Of a stretch of DNA of 61,592 nucleotides, positions 1 through 9,117 are shown piece after piece; position 1 is the stretch's first letter; every line of letters begins with the position of its first letter. The translations under genes and the position numbers were made by a program. The stretch spans positions 4,128,221-4,189,812 of the forward strand of contig CP070695.1 in the NCBI GenBank assembly GCA_020353515.1, given 5' to 3'. The DNA comes from Candidatus Heimdallarchaeota archaeon. GTDB taxonomy: Archaea; Asgardarchaeota; Heimdallarchaeia; Hodarchaeales; Hodarchaeaceae. The notes under the pieces were generated by a model. It made no database searches. It saw only the letters and a program-made list of their open reading frames with translations, and was not told where the DNA came from.

Positions 1-1022
1 GAGTTTTGTCATCTGATATTAAAAAACGAGTGTTTTCTTCATATCCTCTTAGTATTATCGATGGATATGATCGAAATGTTACATTCACCAAGGAACCCCA
101 GAGTATCATCAGTATTGCACCCAGTGCCACTGAAGTGATATACGCTGTTGGAGCAGGTGACAAAGTAATAGCGACGGATCCTTACAGTAATTATCCGAGT
201 GAAACTGCTGATTTACCAAAAATAGCTAATTTTCCCACTCTTGATATTGAAGCAATACTCACGTATAATCCTGACGTGGTTTTCGGAGCGGGGATCACAA
301 ATCAAGATGATATTGATCTTTTGGAGGATCAGGGGCTTACAATCTTTATTCTAGCTCCTTTTGATATTAATGATGTCCTAGAGGATATTGAAATCGTAGG
401 CCTTATTACTAACCACGAATCGGAATCAAATCTACTAAAGAGTTCCCTTCAAGAACGCATTGATAGTATCATTCAAAATGTTACTTCTCTCACCTTTAAA
501 CCGAAAATTTACATAGAATTTTCTTCGGATCCCTTTTTGTACACATTTGGAGAAGGGACTTATGGCCATGATTTAGTTGAGCTTGCAGGAGGAATCAATA
601 TTGCAGAAAATGCAACAGGCCTCTATCCACAGATTAATAATGAGTTTGTTATAACTCAAAATCCCGATATAATTCTTTATACAAAAGGCCCATGGACAAC
701 CACAAATGCTACAACTATAGGTGAGAGAATAGGATGGAATACAATTAATGCTGTTAAAAATGGACACATTTATCCCATCAATGAAGATTGGATTTCGCGA
801 GGAGGGCCTCGAATCATAGATGGTTTGGAAGAGATTTATTCTAAAGTCAAACTACTTGCTTCTCCAAGTATGAAAACAAGTACAAGTGAAACTGATTTTG
901 TCAGTAGTACTGGGGAGAGTAGTAGTAGCAATGTAACAGTGGCCTTTGAATGGCCTTTGATTCTCATATTCATCCCTATAACTGTGGTTGTGTTGAGTAA
1001 ACGGCGTTTTTTCTTCCGCTGA
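1..1022 (+). CDS. btuF: Cobalamin/Fe-siderophore ABC substrate-binding protein (BtuF-like), probably 5'-truncated by the window edge; C-terminal membrane anchor
   Basis: IISIAPSATEVIYAVG, EAILTYNPDVV, AVKNGHIY, RGGPRI motifs; frame is open to the window start and no signal peptide is seen; ends in a Ser/Thr linker, hydrophobic helix and basic tail. Confidence 0.85.
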   Translation, partial: VLSSDIKKRVFSSYPLSIIDGYDRNVTFTKEPQSIISIAPSATEVIYAVGAGDKVIATDPYSNYPSETADLPKIANFPTLDIEAILTYNPDVVFGAGITNQDDIDLLEDQGLTIFILAPFDINDVLEDIEIVGLITNHESESNLLKSSLQERIDSIIQNVTSLTFKPKIYIEFSSDPFLYTFGEGTYGHDLVELAGGINIAENATGLYPQINNEFVITQNPDIILYTKGPWTTTNATTIGERIGWNTINAVKNGHIYPINEDWISRGGPRIIDGLEEIYSKVKLLASPSMKTSTSETDFVSSTGESSSSNVTVAFEWPLILIFIPITVVVLSKRRFFFR

Positions 1023-1026
1023 TAAG

Positions 1027-2205
1027 GTGTCATTAAGAAAAGGGTTGCTAGAGAAAATGTCTAGATTCTTTCAGAGGTTTAGTAATTTACAAAATTCAAA
1101 TGATTTTTACGAATATTATCGTAAGAAGAAGCTTTTCTGGGGATTGTTAATTTTTTTTAGTGTATTGGTCCTCCTGTTAAGTGCATTTATTGCACTCTTG
1201 TTTGGGTCCGCAGGTCCAATCGGTCCAGTAAGCACACGTTTGTTAACGGTTTCAGATGTGATTCAACAAATCACAAAAAATAGCTTCAACCTTATATTAC
1301 AGATGTTTGGATTTTCTGTTCAGGAAGAGAATACCATTAAAAAAGTCATTATATGGGATATCCGCTTACCAAGGGTTATCATGGGTGCCTTAGCTGGGAT
1401 GGCCCTTGCTGTTGCGGGCACTATTATGCAGGCAATTTTTAGAAATCCCATGGCGGATCCTTATATTCTTGGATTGGCTTCTGGGGCTTCTGTTGGTGCA
1501 TCTATAGCTATTATTGCTGGAGGAACGATAGGATTCCTCGCTGGATACACTCTTCCTATTTTTGCTTTTGGTGGGTCACTCCTAACTATAATCTTGGTGT
1601 ATTACATTTCTAATATTCGTGGTCAAGTTAGAGTTGATACTTTATTATTGTCTGGAATTGCTGTAGGCTCATTTATGGCAGCAGTAACCTCTTTTTTAAC
1701 ATATCTCTCTGGACAACATTTAAGACCAATAATTTTCTGGTTAATGGGGGGATTATCATTATCTGAGGGCGATTGGGATTCTGTAGTTATAGCTGCTGTG
1801 GTCATCATCCCGTCGTGCATGATCTGTCTGCTTTTCGCCAGATCCTTGAACTTACTACTACTTGGGGAGGAAACAGCTCAGTATCGGGGATTAAACGTCC
1901 AAAAATTTCAGAAAATATTACTAGTGTTAGCATCCTTGATCACTGGGGTTGCAGTCGCGTTTACTGGAGTGATAGGCTTTGTTGGATTAATTATACCTCA
2001 TTTAATCCGATTAATTTCAGGGCCTGATCACAGGATCTTACTCCCTACCTCTTGTTTGATTGGAGGTAGTTTTTTGATTATTGCTGATGTCGTTGCAAAG
2101 ACTATCATTTACCCCACTGAACTCCCAGTTGGAATTATTACAGCTCTTTGCGGCACTCCGTTCTTCCTGTACCTCTTAAGGAAACAAAAGAAGATAGGAT
2201 TTTAA
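1027..2205 (+). CDS. btuC: FecCD/BtuC-family ABC permease
   Basis: IRLPR, FRNPMADPYILG, FVGLIIPH, ELPVGIITAL motifs; many TM helices; real start may be ATG at 1057. Confidence 0.9.
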   Translation: MSLRKGLLEKMSRFFQRFSNLQNSNDFYEYYRKKKLFWGLLIFFSVLVLLLSAFIALLFGSAGPIGPVSTRLLTVSDVIQQITKNSFNLILQMFGFSVQEENTIKKVIIWDIRLPRVIMGALAGMALAVAGTIMQAIFRNPMADPYILGLASGASVGASIAIIAGGTIGFLAGYTLPIFAFGGSLLTIILVYYISNIRGQVRVDTLLLSGIAVGSFMAAVTSFLTYLSGQHLRPIIFWLMGGLSLSEGDWDSVVIAAVVIIPSCMICLLFARSLNLLLLGEETAQYRGLNVQKFQKILLVLASLITGVAVAFTGVIGFVGLIIPHLIRLISGPDHRILLPTSCLIGGSFLIIADVVAKTIIYPTELPVGIITALCGTPFFLYLLRKQKKIGF

Positions 2206-2218
2206 AATAGGTGAAAAA

Positions 2219-3013
2219 ATGGATTTAAAAGTTGAAAATCTGTCGTTCAGTTATGACAACGTTGTTGTTCTTAATAAGGTGACCTTTGAGGCAAAACAAG
2301 GGAGAATAACTGGTATTATCGGTCCAAACGGGTCAGGAAAGACCACATTATTACGTTGTATTGCAAATTTCTTGAAACATGATCAAGGAGCCGTTTTTTT
2401 TGACGATAAAGACATTCGTTTGCTGAAAAACAAAGAAATTGCTAAATTTCTTTCAGTTGTTCCTCAACTCACTAACCTAACAACAGGTTTCACAGTTTTT
2501 GAGACTATTCTGATGGGAAGATACCCACATCTAGGATTACTGCAACGTGAATCAAAGGAAGATTATGAAATAGTAAATTCCACACTAGAACGGGTTGGGA
2601 TATCTCACTTGGCCAAGAGGGATGTTGGTGAGCTTAGTGGTGGGGAAAAACAACTCGTAACAATCGCACTAGCTTTAGCCCAAGAACCACAGATTCTCTG
2701 TCTTGATGAACCAACGCTTCATCTTGATATCAACATGCAGTACATGATTATGGATTTGTGTAAAGAAACGAGTCGTGACAAGCAAATTGTTGTGATTGTT
2801 GTACTTCATGACCTTGCTCTAGCGGCACAGTACTGTGATGATCTTCTTATCCTGAAGAATGGTAAGGTAAAGGCTATGGGGTCACCCGATGAAGTAATTG
2901 TTGAAAAATTCATTTTAGATACCTATGGAGTAGAGGTAATAGTTGGACAGGATGAAATATCCGGAATGAAATATATCCTGCCCAATATCGGTTCTAAAAC
3001 AACAATAACTTGA
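2219..3013 (+). CDS. ABC ATPase, FepC/BtuD family
   Basis: GPNGSGKT, LSGGEKQ, LDEPT, VLHD. Confidence 0.92.
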   Translation: MDLKVENLSFSYDNVVVLNKVTFEAKQGRITGIIGPNGSGKTTLLRCIANFLKHDQGAVFFDDKDIRLLKNKEIAKFLSVVPQLTNLTTGFTVFETILMGRYPHLGLLQRESKEDYEIVNSTLERVGISHLAKRDVGELSGGEKQLVTIALALAQEPQILCLDEPTLHLDINMQYMIMDLCKETSRDKQIVVIVVLHDLALAAQYCDDLLILKNGKVKAMGSPDEVIVEKFILDTYGVEVIVGQDEISGMKYILPNIGSKTTIT

Positions 3014-3066
3014 TAAATTAACACACTTAGAAAAATTCTTCATCAAAGAGATCTGGACATCCTCAT

Positions 3067-3975
3067 ATGAGTAATGTGTTCCCAATCATTTTTTCTATAG
3101 TAATTCTTTTTATTCTTGGAATTTTACTTAAATCTACAACCCTTTTGAAACGAGATGATGCAGATGTCCTTTTAAAAATAGTTTTTTACATCTCGTTGCC
3201 AGCATTGATTTTGAATACTATCCCAACAGTAGATATCAATTTAACTTTCTTTTTTTTGCCGATACTCTCTTCTATAATAATTATTATTACTTTTCTAGTT
3301 TCTAGTTTGGTAGTTAATTACCAAAATTTTGAGGAAAAGACCAAAGGAGTTTTTATAATTGGTACAATGATAATGAATTTAGGATTTAATGTTCCATTTG
3401 TTCTGGGAGCTTATGGTGTTGAGGGATTTGCCCGCGCAACTTTTTTTGATATAGGTAATATAACCTTAACTTTGTCTTTAACTTATTTTATTGCTCAAAA
3501 GCATGGTTCGCTTGAGGGTGAGGAGAAAATTAAATTTCTGAACAAGAAATTGATCACATCACCGCCTTTAATCGCTCTTATTATTGGTTTAATACTCAAT
3601 TTTACTGGAGTTTCTCTTGATTTCAATATTACTTATCTCTTAGACCTTTTAAGTGGATTATTGACACCACTCCTTATCTTGTCAATAGGTATATATTTCA
3701 ATCCGACATTAGAAAATATTTTTCCCGTTACTCAAGTAATTCTCATTAGGATGGGATTAGGATTAACTCTGGGGGTTGTTTTCGCTCTTTTACTAGGATT
3801 AGATGATCTTTCGAGTAAAATCATAATAATTAGTTCTGCAGCTCCAGTTGGTTTCAATACATTAACTTATGCCGCCCTTGAAGACTTGGATAAGGAGTTT
3901 GCAGCTAACATACTCTCAATTGGTATTCCCCTAGGGATTGTGACAATTTCTTTATTGTTAATAATTCTTGGGTAA
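3067..3975 (+). CDS. AEC (auxin efflux carrier) family transporter
   Basis: ~10 TM helices, YISLPALI, NLGFNVP, SPPLIA, AAPVG. Confidence 0.85.
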   Translation: MSNVFPIIFSIVILFILGILLKSTTLLKRDDADVLLKIVFYISLPALILNTIPTVDINLTFFFLPILSSIIIIITFLVSSLVVNYQNFEEKTKGVFIIGTMIMNLGFNVPFVLGAYGVEGFARATFFDIGNITLTLSLTYFIAQKHGSLEGEEKIKFLNKKLITSPPLIALIIGLILNFTGVSLDFNITYLLDLLSGLLTPLLILSIGIYFNPTLENIFPVTQVILIRMGLGLTLGVVFALLLGLDDLSSKIIIISSAAPVGFNTLTYAALEDLDKEFAANILSIGIPLGIVTISLLLIILG

Positions 3976-4042
3976 GGAATTTTTCCACTTCAGGTAACTT
4001 ATTTTATCCATTGTTGTTGTTAATTCAGTTGAGGGATATACC

Positions 4043-4399
4043 ATTACATCAACAATACCCCCCAGTATTCGGAAAATTCTTGATTCAGGCCGGGGAGAGG
4101 TAGCTCAATTAGAACGACAATACCATTTGTGGGTACTCATCACAGTTTTAGCTGTAACTGCCGGCGTTCTTATGATAGGTGTTTCAATCATCTTTTTTTT
4201 GCTTGAAACAGATGAAGATCTTTCTGTTGTTCGTCTAATAATCGGATTAGCAGCAGGAGCTGACTTCATTGTATCTTATTTTGTATTTCAAGAAACAATA
4301 GCTCGGAGACGGTATCTTTTAGAAGTACAGAAAATGATGCTCCAGGGGTTATCGTTTTTAGATTCAGTCCGACGGGGTTTTCGTGATCTATTTGGATAA
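4043..4399 (+). CDS. Hypothetical 2-TM membrane protein; start probably ATT at 4043, upstream of the ORF-track TTG at 4127
   Basis: Frame open upstream of 4127; GAGGGA SD-like at 4031-4036 precedes an in-frame ATT; two hydrophobic helices. Confidence 0.55.
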   Translation: MTSTIPPSIRKILDSGRGEVAQLERQYHLWVLITVLAVTAGVLMIGVSIIFFLLETDEDLSVVRLIIGLAAGADFIVSYFVFQETIARRRYLLEVQKMMLQGLSFLDSVRRGFRDLFG

Positions 4400-4579
4400 C
4401 AGGGTAATGAGCTTAGTTCTAGGCAAAACTGGTTGTTAAAAGCTTTTAAGTCAGGATTTTTGAATATTTGAGTGAATCAAGGAAAGAAGTATTCCTCTAT
4501 ACTTAAAAGATATCATTAAGACCTTAAGCTTAATCTACTTTATTCAACAAATACTACCAAATTGAAGAGGAAATTGGAA

Positions 4580-4984
4580 ATGCCAGAAGTTTCAATACCA
4601 GGGATGGCTTTTAAGGCCAGCTTGACAAAAAAGAGTGGAAGCAATGTTGTTGAGCTCATATTTCGGGGTGATACCATAACAACAGTTGATGTTTCCGGAA
4701 ATTTAACAGAAGCATCTATTCGCAGTGCACTCAAACAAGCGTGCGTTGAATCTGATGTTGAGCATCAAATAACTGAAGCAACATTAAGTCAAGTGGCGGG
4801 AAATTTGTATAAACTAGCAGGAATTGGAGAAGGAAAAACCCTAATACCCCAAGAATTTGAGCTAGGTGGAGAGGCGACGGAATTAGATCGGAAATTAGCT
4901 ATTATCATCACCTCACTCCAGAAACTCCACAAACGCTTGGATAAAATAGAAACGATGCTTGAGCTCACTCCAGAACAAGAATAA
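4580..4984 (+). CDS. Hypothetical protein with C-terminal coiled coil
   Basis: ATG after GAGGA; heptad tail LDRKLAIIITSLQKLHKRLDKIETML. Confidence 0.65.
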   Translation: MPEVSIPGMAFKASLTKKSGSNVVELIFRGDTITTVDVSGNLTEASIRSALKQACVESDVEHQITEATLSQVAGNLYKLAGIGEGKTLIPQEFELGGEATELDRKLAIIITSLQKLHKRLDKIETMLELTPEQE

Positions 4985-5014
4985 TCTTCAAAGATATGAT
5001 TGGGAAAATAGAAG

Positions 5015-5148
5015 TCCCTTGGCCGTGATTTGAACACGGGACAACTCGGTATCTGCTAAACCCCAACTAACGACCTTTTCATCGTATCATCCAAGGTGTG
5101 GCATTTGCGCCTACAGCCGAGGGCTCTTCCAAGCTGAGCTACCAAGGG
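5015..5148 (-). tRNA. tRNA-Tyr(GTA) with a 60-nt intron (5051-5110) at position 37/38
   Basis: Minus strand: acceptor CCCTTGG/CCAAGGG plus A73 (C1:G72 and A73 are archaeal/eukaryotic Tyr identity elements); D-arm GCTC/GAGC; anticodon stem CTCGG/CCGAG around CTGTAG; T-arm CCGTG-TTCAAAT-CACGG; CCA not encoded. Confidence 0.95.
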
Positions 5149-5378
5149 AGTGAATAGTAATAATTCATTAAAAACCAATATTATTTGGTTTTTGTAGTTT
5201 TTTTTTCAAAAACTTACATGAAGATCGAATTACTAATCTTTTTATATTCATTGTGATCATTTTGATTGAAAGTTATCCTATAATGAAGGCAATTTTCTTG
5301 TATTCGCCAGATATTTCTTATAAATGAAGCCTTAAACCAAAGGTACATAAGTACTGATTATTGAGGTATTCTATCTTC

Positions 5379-6644
5379 ATGCAAGAATCTCCCAGTAAAT
5401 GTATAGTTCTGTTATATTGGGATAAAACAACTTGGTATGCACTAGGGGCCTTAACTTCGAGTCTTCAAAAGCACAGTCTTCCTTATGAGATAATTAGGGG
5501 AGATCCGCTCCCCCAAATTCGCACAAAATTAGATCAGGGACTTCACGTAATATATGGAGAATCATCTCGAATTACGACCATAGATTCGCTAAAGGGACGA
5601 TTACAACTAATTAACAACCAGATTTCTTCACCAAATTTGCTGCTAGTCATTGGTGGTCCTCATGCTTCGGGAGCCCCTGAAAAAATATTAAAAATGGGAG
5701 CAGATTATGTTGTAATAGGTGAGGGAGAGGCTACATTTCCTGAACTAATACAAACATGGATAAATAATAAATTTCGATATGAAAGATTACACTCTTTACC
5801 TGGAATAGCATTTCGTGATATTTCTGGAAAATTCATTCAATCTCCCCCTCGACCTCGGATTATTCTTGATGAATATTGCCCTTACTCTGACAACAAAGAT
5901 TTTGCCTTGCATCCCCCCATAGAGCTAATGCGGGGTTGTTCCTTTCGTTGTCGCTTTTGTCAAGTTCCCTATATATATGGGAATCCCCGATTTCGATCCA
6001 TTGAAACTATCACAAAGATTGTAGAGCATTACGTTCAATATTTCAAACCTTTGAAAACGAGTGTTGATATTCGCTTTATTGCCCCCAATTCACTTGGCTA
6101 TATGGAGAAGAAAAGAGGGCAACCAAACTATGAAGCGTTAACTAAGCTCTTGAGGCGACTTACACAATATGAGATTCGGCTATTTTTTGGGACATTTCCT
6201 TCAGAGATACGACCAGAGTATATAACAGACAAAATTCTATCGCTTTTTGATATGATCGCTAATCAGCAATTCTCTGTTGGATTTCAAAGTGGTTCTGATC
6301 GTGTTCTCAAAGAAATGCGTAGAGGCCATTCTGTTGCAGATGGGCTACAGGCGTATGATTTAATGGTTTCCCAAGGGTTTACCCCAGTATTTGATTTCTT
6401 ACTTGGAGTTCCCTCCGAAACAAAAGCTGAACAGTGGCAAACACTCTCATTGATCCGTGAGTTAGGTAAAAAAGCTCAAACACGACTTCACTATTTTATG
6501 CCCCTTCCTGGGACTCCTTGGAAAAATAGTTCACCGGCGCTTTTAAGTCCAGAAATCCAATCAGAAATAGGGAGATTAGCTAAATCAAAAATCATAATGG
6601 GAGCATTCGCTAAACAATTTCAAATCGCATTTAAGGACAAATAG
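5379..6644 (+). CDS. B12-binding radical SAM protein (archaeal TIGR04013-like)
   Basis: GGPHAS and GEGE in the B12-binding domain; CSFRCRFC; PSEIRPE; FMPLPGTP. Confidence 0.85.
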   Translation: MQESPSKCIVLLYWDKTTWYALGALTSSLQKHSLPYEIIRGDPLPQIRTKLDQGLHVIYGESSRITTIDSLKGRLQLINNQISSPNLLLVIGGPHASGAPEKILKMGADYVVIGEGEATFPELIQTWINNKFRYERLHSLPGIAFRDISGKFIQSPPRPRIILDEYCPYSDNKDFALHPPIELMRGCSFRCRFCQVPYIYGNPRFRSIETITKIVEHYVQYFKPLKTSVDIRFIAPNSLGYMEKKRGQPNYEALTKLLRRLTQYEIRLFFGTFPSEIRPEYITDKILSLFDMIANQQFSVGFQSGSDRVLKEMRRGHSVADGLQAYDLMVSQGFTPVFDFLLGVPSETKAEQWQTLSLIRELGKKAQTRLHYFMPLPGTPWKNSSPALLSPEIQSEIGRLAKSKIIMGAFAKQFQIAFKDK

Positions 6645-6757
6645 TGTTTTCCAAATTTTTAGAAAATTTGTTGATCAAAACAGAATTAAGAAAAGTTTAT
6701 TATATTCTGAGGCTGGTTTTTCAATACTATTCATTGAAATAATTGGTGTTGATTACA

Positions 6758-7054
6758 ATGGAAGCACGAGACGTAATAGTAGTACTTCTGACAATCTTAA
6801 TCATGATCGCGATCATAGGTGCAATTGGAGCACTAATTTATCACGTTGTCAATTATGATCTTCCAGTATATATGACTCAAGAAGGTAGTTTTAATGGTAC
6901 TGTAGTGGAAGAAGTAGTTTATAGTGAGGAATACGTAGGTAAAAGGGACACTAACCTGTTTCTTCAGATCCTTGCTTTATTGCTCTTATCTATATCCATC
7001 TTTTACGCTGGTTTACTGAACTATCTAAAAAAACCAGCTCAGATAAACCGTTAG
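6758..7054 (+). CDS. Hypothetical 2-TM membrane protein
   Basis: Two hydrophobic helices flanking a short loop; GGTG upstream. Confidence 0.6.
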   Translation: MEARDVIVVLLTILIMIAIIGAIGALIYHVVNYDLPVYMTQEGSFNGTVVEEVVYSEEYVGKRDTNLFLQILALLLLSISIFYAGLLNYLKKPAQINR

Positions 7055-7072
7055 CCTTAGAGGACGATTGAA

Positions 7073-8779
7073 CTGGAATTCAAAGCCTTCTGTCATATGA
7101 TGGAGAAAGTTGACTCAACTAGAAAAAAGAATGAAAAAGTAGCAATATTTGCATCGTTCTTACAACGATTGTCAGAAAGAGAATTACCTCTTGTTTGTTA
7201 CTATGCCACAGGTCAACCATTTTCAGAAACTTCAGGGAAAAAAGTTCAATTCGGTTGGAGTTCTTTTACGAACGTTGTACATCAATTGACCAACCGTACA
7301 AACGCGGATCTTCGCGGTTTTTATCGGGAAAATGCGGATTTCGGTAGTTTAATAGAGTTCGCTTTAGTAAAACGAAAACCCCAACCAAAGGCTCTTGAGA
7401 CATATTTTGGACAGGCTGACAAAACAGAACTTACAATTGAAGGGATCAATGAGTATCTCACGAATATCGCCTCGTATAAAGGAAAAGGGTCACTAAAAGC
7501 CAAGAAAAACCAATTGCTGCAATTATTACGACATTCTTCCCCTTTAGAAGCCAAATATATTGCTAGAATCATTACATCTGATACAAGAACGGGTTTCAGA
7601 GGGGGATTGTTACTAGATGCGATCGCGTCGGCCTTTGGCCGAAAAAATAAAACCGTAAGATATGCATATATGGTTCTTAGTGACGTTGGAGAAGTGGCTC
7701 TAGTAGCTAAAGATCACAAAATTGATTTGTTGGCAATTAAGCCACGGATATTTCAACCCCTGCGTTCAATGTTAGCCACAAAAGCTGAATCGATAGAAGA
7801 CGCTTTAAATACCTATAAAAATTTAATTTGTGAACCGAAAATCGATGGTTTCCGTGCACAGTTTCATATTGGCAGAAAAGAGTGTAGACTCTATTCACGA
7901 AACCTTGAAGACGTTACTCATGCTTTTCCTGAAATCTTAACTTCACTTCCCGAACGTCTTAGAAAGGAATTAGCTCCTTCTATTCTTGATGGAGAAGTTG
8001 TTGCCCTTGTCGATGGAAGACCTGTATTTTTTCAAGACCTCTTAACACGTATTCAAAGAAAACGAGATATCCAGATTTCGGTAGAATCCACCCCCTGCTA
8101 TTATTATGTCTTTGATATCTTATTTCATCATGATAAATCTCTTTTAAACTCTCCTTTAAAAGCTAGAAAAGCACTCTTACAAACCTTGATTCCAGATTTA
8201 CCCCATATTATCAAAATGGAGTATTATGTGTTAGAAAAAGACGTAGATATCCAAACTCAACTTCAAAAAGCCATACAGAATGGTTCGGAGGGATTAATGC
8301 TCAAAGATCCCACTTCAAATTATCAAGCTGGAAAACGGGGTAAAGGGTGGTTGAAGCTGAAAGTTACCTTACCCACGCTTGACCTAGCTATTGTCGGAGC
8401 AGAGTGGGGGCATGGTAGACGAACTGGGTGGTTATCGAATTATCATCTAGCTGCAAAAGATCGACAAGAATTTGAGGTGATTGGTAAAACTTTCAAAGGA
8501 CTAACTGATACTGAATTCGGTCAATTAACTGAACAGCTCCAGGAGTTGGAAATAGCAAAAGAACCATATGGAATAAGTGTACAACCAAAAATAGTTGTAG
8601 AGGTTGAATTTGATAATATCCAAGAATCATCGAAGTATCCATCAGGGATGGCATTACGTTTCGCAAGAATTAAGAGAATACGCAATGACAAAAACGTTGA
8701 TGAAGTAGACACCATCGAAACAGTTAGAAAGCTATATCAAGAGCAATTACAGCGTCAGAAACGTGCAGATAAAACGTGA
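7073..8779 (+). CDS. lig: ATP-dependent DNA ligase; likely CTG start at 7073
   Basis: EPKIDG (motif I), LDGE, FDIL, EGLMLK, WLKLK, LRFARI; in-frame extension (M)EFKAFCH after GAGGA SD resembles the usual archaeal ligase N-terminus. Confidence 0.95.
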   Translation: MEFKAFCHMMEKVDSTRKKNEKVAIFASFLQRLSERELPLVCYYATGQPFSETSGKKVQFGWSSFTNVVHQLTNRTNADLRGFYRENADFGSLIEFALVKRKPQPKALETYFGQADKTELTIEGINEYLTNIASYKGKGSLKAKKNQLLQLLRHSSPLEAKYIARIITSDTRTGFRGGLLLDAIASAFGRKNKTVRYAYMVLSDVGEVALVAKDHKIDLLAIKPRIFQPLRSMLATKAESIEDALNTYKNLICEPKIDGFRAQFHIGRKECRLYSRNLEDVTHAFPEILTSLPERLRKELAPSILDGEVVALVDGRPVFFQDLLTRIQRKRDIQISVESTPCYYYVFDILFHHDKSLLNSPLKARKALLQTLIPDLPHIIKMEYYVLEKDVDIQTQLQKAIQNGSEGLMLKDPTSNYQAGKRGKGWLKLKVTLPTLDLAIVGAEWGHGRRTGWLSNYHLAAKDRQEFEVIGKTFKGLTDTEFGQLTEQLQELEIAKEPYGISVQPKIVVEVEFDNIQESSKYPSGMALRFARIKRIRNDKNVDEVDTIETVRKLYQEQLQRQKRADKT

Positions 8780-9096
8780 AATTGTTTATGACAAAGAAAA
8801 GGAGTAAGAAACATAAAAACGGTCATGCATGCATCAATCATCCTAACAGCTTTGACACCAAAGAATGTGAGCGATGTCACGAGCATTTTTGTGAGGAATG
8901 CTTCATAGAGGACTGGTCCGTGAACTTTTTTCAACAATTCATTGGTCAGAAAAGGGACTTTGTCCAAAAAATATATTGTAAACCATGTTACAAACGGGTC
9001 AGCCGAATTCGTGTGATTGCATACTCAGGATTATTATTGCTGTTTGGTGGACCCATTATCTTATTGATCATCTTAAACATTTTTTTCAGACCATAA
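8776..9096 (+). CDS. B-box-like zinc finger protein with C-terminal TM helix
   Basis: CxxH-x7-CxxC-x4-CxxC ... CxxC then a hydrophobic tail; overlaps the lig stop codon. Confidence 0.7.
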   Translation: MKLFMTKKRSKKHKNGHACINHPNSFDTKECERCHEHFCEECFIEDWSVNFFQQFIGQKRDFVQKIYCKPCYKRVSRIRVIAYSGLLLLFGGPIILLIILNIFFRP

Positions 9097-9117
9097 TGAT
9101 GACTACTCTAATTATGG

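Noticed and set aside
4088-4115. GGCCGGGGAGAGGTAGCTCAATTAGAA resembles a tRNA 5' half
   Set aside because: No anticodon arm, T-arm or matching acceptor strand follows; it lies within the extended membrane-protein frame
5051-5110. Box C/D guide RNA in the tRNA intron
   Set aside because: Only partial C-box-like GAUGA words and no CUGA D box
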